Shown: positions 61,301 through 64,000 of the stretch, in pieces | Position numbering within the stretch: position 1 is the stretch's first letter | Layout of the letters: each line of letters opens with the position of its first letter | Assembly (NCBI GenBank): GCA_044892525.1 | Contig: CM097886.1 | Coordinates: forward strand, 44,950,001-45,014,000 | From: Schmidtea polychroa | Lineage: Eukaryota | DNA length: 64,000 nt | Reading direction: 5' to 3' | Made by a program: the position numbers and the translations under genes | Notes under the pieces: generated by a model | Told to the model about the DNA's origin: nothing | Seen by the model: the letters and a program-made list of their open reading frames with translations, nothing else | Database searches by the model: none

Positions 61301-64000
61301 AAACACCAACAGCGTTAATTACCGACGATCCAGATCTAGGTATGAGATTTATCAAAGAAAAAGAAACCACCAAATGCGACAGTATAGTATATAAAACCAA
61401 TTACGCTGGTATCTATATGTCGAGACAAATAATCGATAGAGCAGTGGGAAAGATAGCAACGGAGGACGTAAAACTATACTTATATGCAAATAATAAAATG
61501 GATTTTCTATTTCATCGTGGACAAACGACCTTGCAAAAAGTATATTACGATCTGATACAAAACGATTGTTCATTGAATAAAGAAATACTGAAAACAAAGC
61601 TAGCTATTGCGATAACACACCCAGATAACACGATGCCATCACTCCCATTACCAGATGGACATTTTGGTAGAATGGTAGGAGAAGTGATGTACACATACCA
61701 GTGTACCAAGACGTATGCACGAATGCCAGAAAAATCCATACTACCCGAAAAGAGATGTGCAAACGAATTAGAAATCCGTTATAAAGGACAAAATCGATTC
61801 GTCCAACCAGTCACGAGAATTATGAATCCAGTGGGTTTCTACCCAAATCTCTTTAACTGTTCTAATGCATACGGACCTTTGTATGAAAGACCCGATGGCA
61901 AATGGATGATGTTACCGGGAAAAACCATATCCGAGGAGCCCAAGAAATATGGATTAATAGAACTCGCCACAGAGCTGGATTTCAAACCTATAGACGTGTC
62001 AAACGGTGGTATGTATTCCCCAGAAGATCTAGAAACAGCACGACTTAACGTACTCTTCCCAGCCAGACGAGAATCCATTTTGTCAAATATGGTTACAATA
62101 ACTGGGGGAACAAATTATCAATCAGGCCCGAATTACGAACTGCTATTATCGCCAGACCATTTTCAACAAGCTACGTCAAACATGATGAAAGCCATGTGGG
62201 GAAGATTTTTAGTTTTTGGACAAATGATGGCCGGAATATTGGGGATCATACTCATAATTCAGATAGTCAGAGTAATACTAACACAAATGTTAGCTTGTTT
62301 TGATATATACAAGCGAGAAAAGAAAGTAAATTGGAAAATGATAGTAGGCTTTCTACCATTCCTAGCTAAAACCATGGTGTTACATGGTCACTCAAAGGAC
62401 ATTCACCGAATAAAACGATTAATTAAAATATTAACAAAGATTAAAGGAACCGACGAAGAAGTAGGCAGACGATTCCGGAAAGTAATGTACGATGAAGCAA
62501 CAAGACGACAATTGAAAAAGAATAAGCCAAAATTTTTGGACCGATTTAGAAGTCAATCATCTAACAGCAATAGTGACGACGATGATAACGGGAACGATAA
62601 ATGTATATATCCAAACAGAAACCCAAACGAAAAACCAATGGAAACAGCACCATATTGGGAGAAGGAAAAGACAAACACCTGGATCGCCAATGGAAGCTAT
62701 ATACCGCCAGATATCGTGGGACCACAAGCAGCTTTGACCATGACACAAAATATGTATCCGCAATTACCGAGTCAACCAGGTATGCATTATATGCCAACAC
62801 GACGTACCAAAAGTGTAGATCAAGCAGATGACGTAAGAACAATAGCAGCGATGAGTCTACCTGGAGGTCCAGCAGTAACAGTTATGATTCAAATCAATGG
62901 TAAAGAAACCAATGCTATGATAGACACCGGAGCTAATGTATCAGCGATAGCGATTAATCAAATTCCCAGTAAGCACTGGAAGGATATCGAATCAACAACA
63001 ATCCACATCATAGCATGTAGTAAAGAAACAGTAGACGTGGTCGGAAGATGGTGGACTACATTGAGATACCAGGACAACGAAATTGAAACGTATTTGGCAG
63101 TAATACCAAAACTTAGCGTACCATGCATAATCGGAACGGATCTGATGCCAGAATTATTAAAAGAAGTGGTAATAGACTTAACAACCATGTGTCTAAAGGA
63201 CAAAACCGGTAGAATATGCAAAATGAATGCAGTAATCAGATGTCCAGAAAAAATAATAGTACCAGCGAAATCGCAGATGATTTGTCAGATAAAGGTGGAT
63301 ACGGGTATGGAAGGAGAAGTTATCTTTGAACCAAGCAAGTCATTCGAAAAGCGACGAGAGTTACCACTCGCAAGGGAAATAATCACAATAAACCAAGAAG
63401 GAGTGATACCGCTCAACATCACGAATTTCGAAGAGGAAGACAAAATCATTTATGAGAACGAAAAATTGGGAAGATTGACCCCAATGATGGACATAGAATT
63501 ACCGAAAGTGACCAACGAGATGATCAAAGATGATGAATTATGGACAATAGATAGTATGTTGTTGACGAATGATGAAAAGAAAAAATTGCACCGATTGTTG
63601 GTAGAATATAAAGATATATTCGCCATCTCAGATTTAGATTTGGGTACATGCGATGTTACCCTACATGCAATACCACTCATAGATGAAACTCCAATTGCAC
63701 TAAGACCATACAAGCTAGCAGAAATGCAAAAAGAAATAGCCGAAGCAGAAGTACAAAAGATGCTAGACGCAAAAGTAATCGAACCGAGTTGCTCACCCTG
63801 GCAATTCCCAGTGGTCATGGTAAAAAAGAAAGATGGCACCCAACGATTCTGTATCGATTATCGGAAGTTAAACGCAGTAACCAAGAGAGATACCTATCCA
63901 TTGCCGGACATCAATGAGATGTTATTGATATTGCAAGGGGCAGCATATTTTACTTCTTTAGATCTAAAAAGTGGATACTGGCAGATTAAAGTCAAAGATG
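58195..64000 (+). CDS. pol: Long polyprotein frame (~1935 codons, no stop in window): Ubl domains, Bcl-2-like domain, signal peptide, Env-like glycoprotein, protease, RT (partial)
   Basis: Frame 1 was translated by hand from after TGA 58192-58194 to the window end with no stop; first ATG is at 58345. It is absent from the supplied ORF track, presumably because it lacks a stop. Confidence 0.92.
59980..60372 (+). other. Bcl-2-fold-like domain within the polyprotein
   Basis: RELIKDML ~ Bcl-xL BH4 RELVVDFL; KRVIEQL ~ EQVVNEL; a hydrophobic alpha5 LVVITYLTYNLMGL; IEPHIIRAGGW ~ BH2 LEPWIQENGGW. The NWGR motif is not conserved. Confidence 0.6.
60484..62385 (+). other. env: Chuvirus-like / class III (gB-type) envelope glycoprotein domain with internal signal peptide and TM
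   Basis: Hydrophobic SLMMTMMIWMLCTSGATG then FTIYDC, YYCGQYS, GEVMYTYQC, CANELEIRYKGQNRFVQPVTRI, GGMYSPEDL, LFPARRESIL and TM WGRFLVFGQMMAGILGIILIIQIV. REKR at 61276. Confidence 0.85.
62854..63200 (+). other. Retropepsin aspartic protease domain
   Basis: INGKETNAMIDTGANVSAI (DTG at 62923) and CIIGTDL. Confidence 0.92.
63560..64000 (+). other. Reverse transcriptase N-terminal part (Gypsy type)
   Basis: PIALRPY..EVQKMLDAKVIEPSCSPWQFPVVMVKKKDGTQRFCIDYRKLNAVTKRDTYPLP..SLDLKSGYWQI. Confidence 0.95.

Larger units (their letters stand above)
49331..64000 (+). mobile_element. Giant Ty3/Gypsy (Metaviridae)-type LTR retroelement with env-like gene, truncated by the window end
   Basis: Putative LTR TGTTG..CAACA, tRNA-Pro PBS, gag capsid + 3 CCHC, protease DTG and Gypsy-type RT (WQFPVVMVKKKDGTQRFCIDYRKLN..SLDLKSGYWQI). 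Confidence 0.93.

Noticed and set aside
55992-63839. Many minus-strand ORFs over the retroelement (e.g. 57814-58221, 59028-59438, 59787-60182, 63450-63839)
   Set aside because: Antisense shadows of the A-rich coding strand; S/L/F-rich with no motifs.

Overview
AT-rich animal (invertebrate-like) scaffold with three N-gaps (442-676, 36937-37230, 39183-39315) and short (about 45-90 nt) GT-AG introns. Host genes: an 881-aa five-exon Na+/H+ exchanger (minus strand), a three-exon TLC-domain gene (TLCD5/TMEM136-like), an intronless Smac/DIABLO-like gene, an intronless TSR-TM protein with PTAP/PPxY motifs, and probable last exons of a Cys-loop-channel-like gene. Between them lie transposon relics (hAT x2, pogo/Tigger, piggyBac, Polinton-type PolB, Helitron, hAT MITEs, foldback palindromes, LTR relics). 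The main object starts near 49331 and runs off the window: a giant Ty3/Gypsy-type retrovirus-like element. It has an inferred 3.9-kb LTR carrying its own transactivator-like ORF, a tRNA-Pro PBS, an IAP-type RING ORF, a 40-nt repeat array and gag (capsid + 3 CCHC knuckles). A >1900-codon frame missing from the ORF track then reads: ubiquitin-like domains, a Bcl-2-like fold, a signal peptide, a chuvirus/class-III-type envelope glycoprotein with TM, aspartic protease and RT. A degraded 1-kb solo LTR of a related family (4558-5598, minus) independently supports the LTR ends and the LTR ORF. All domain calls are by-eye motif alignments; no database search was run.
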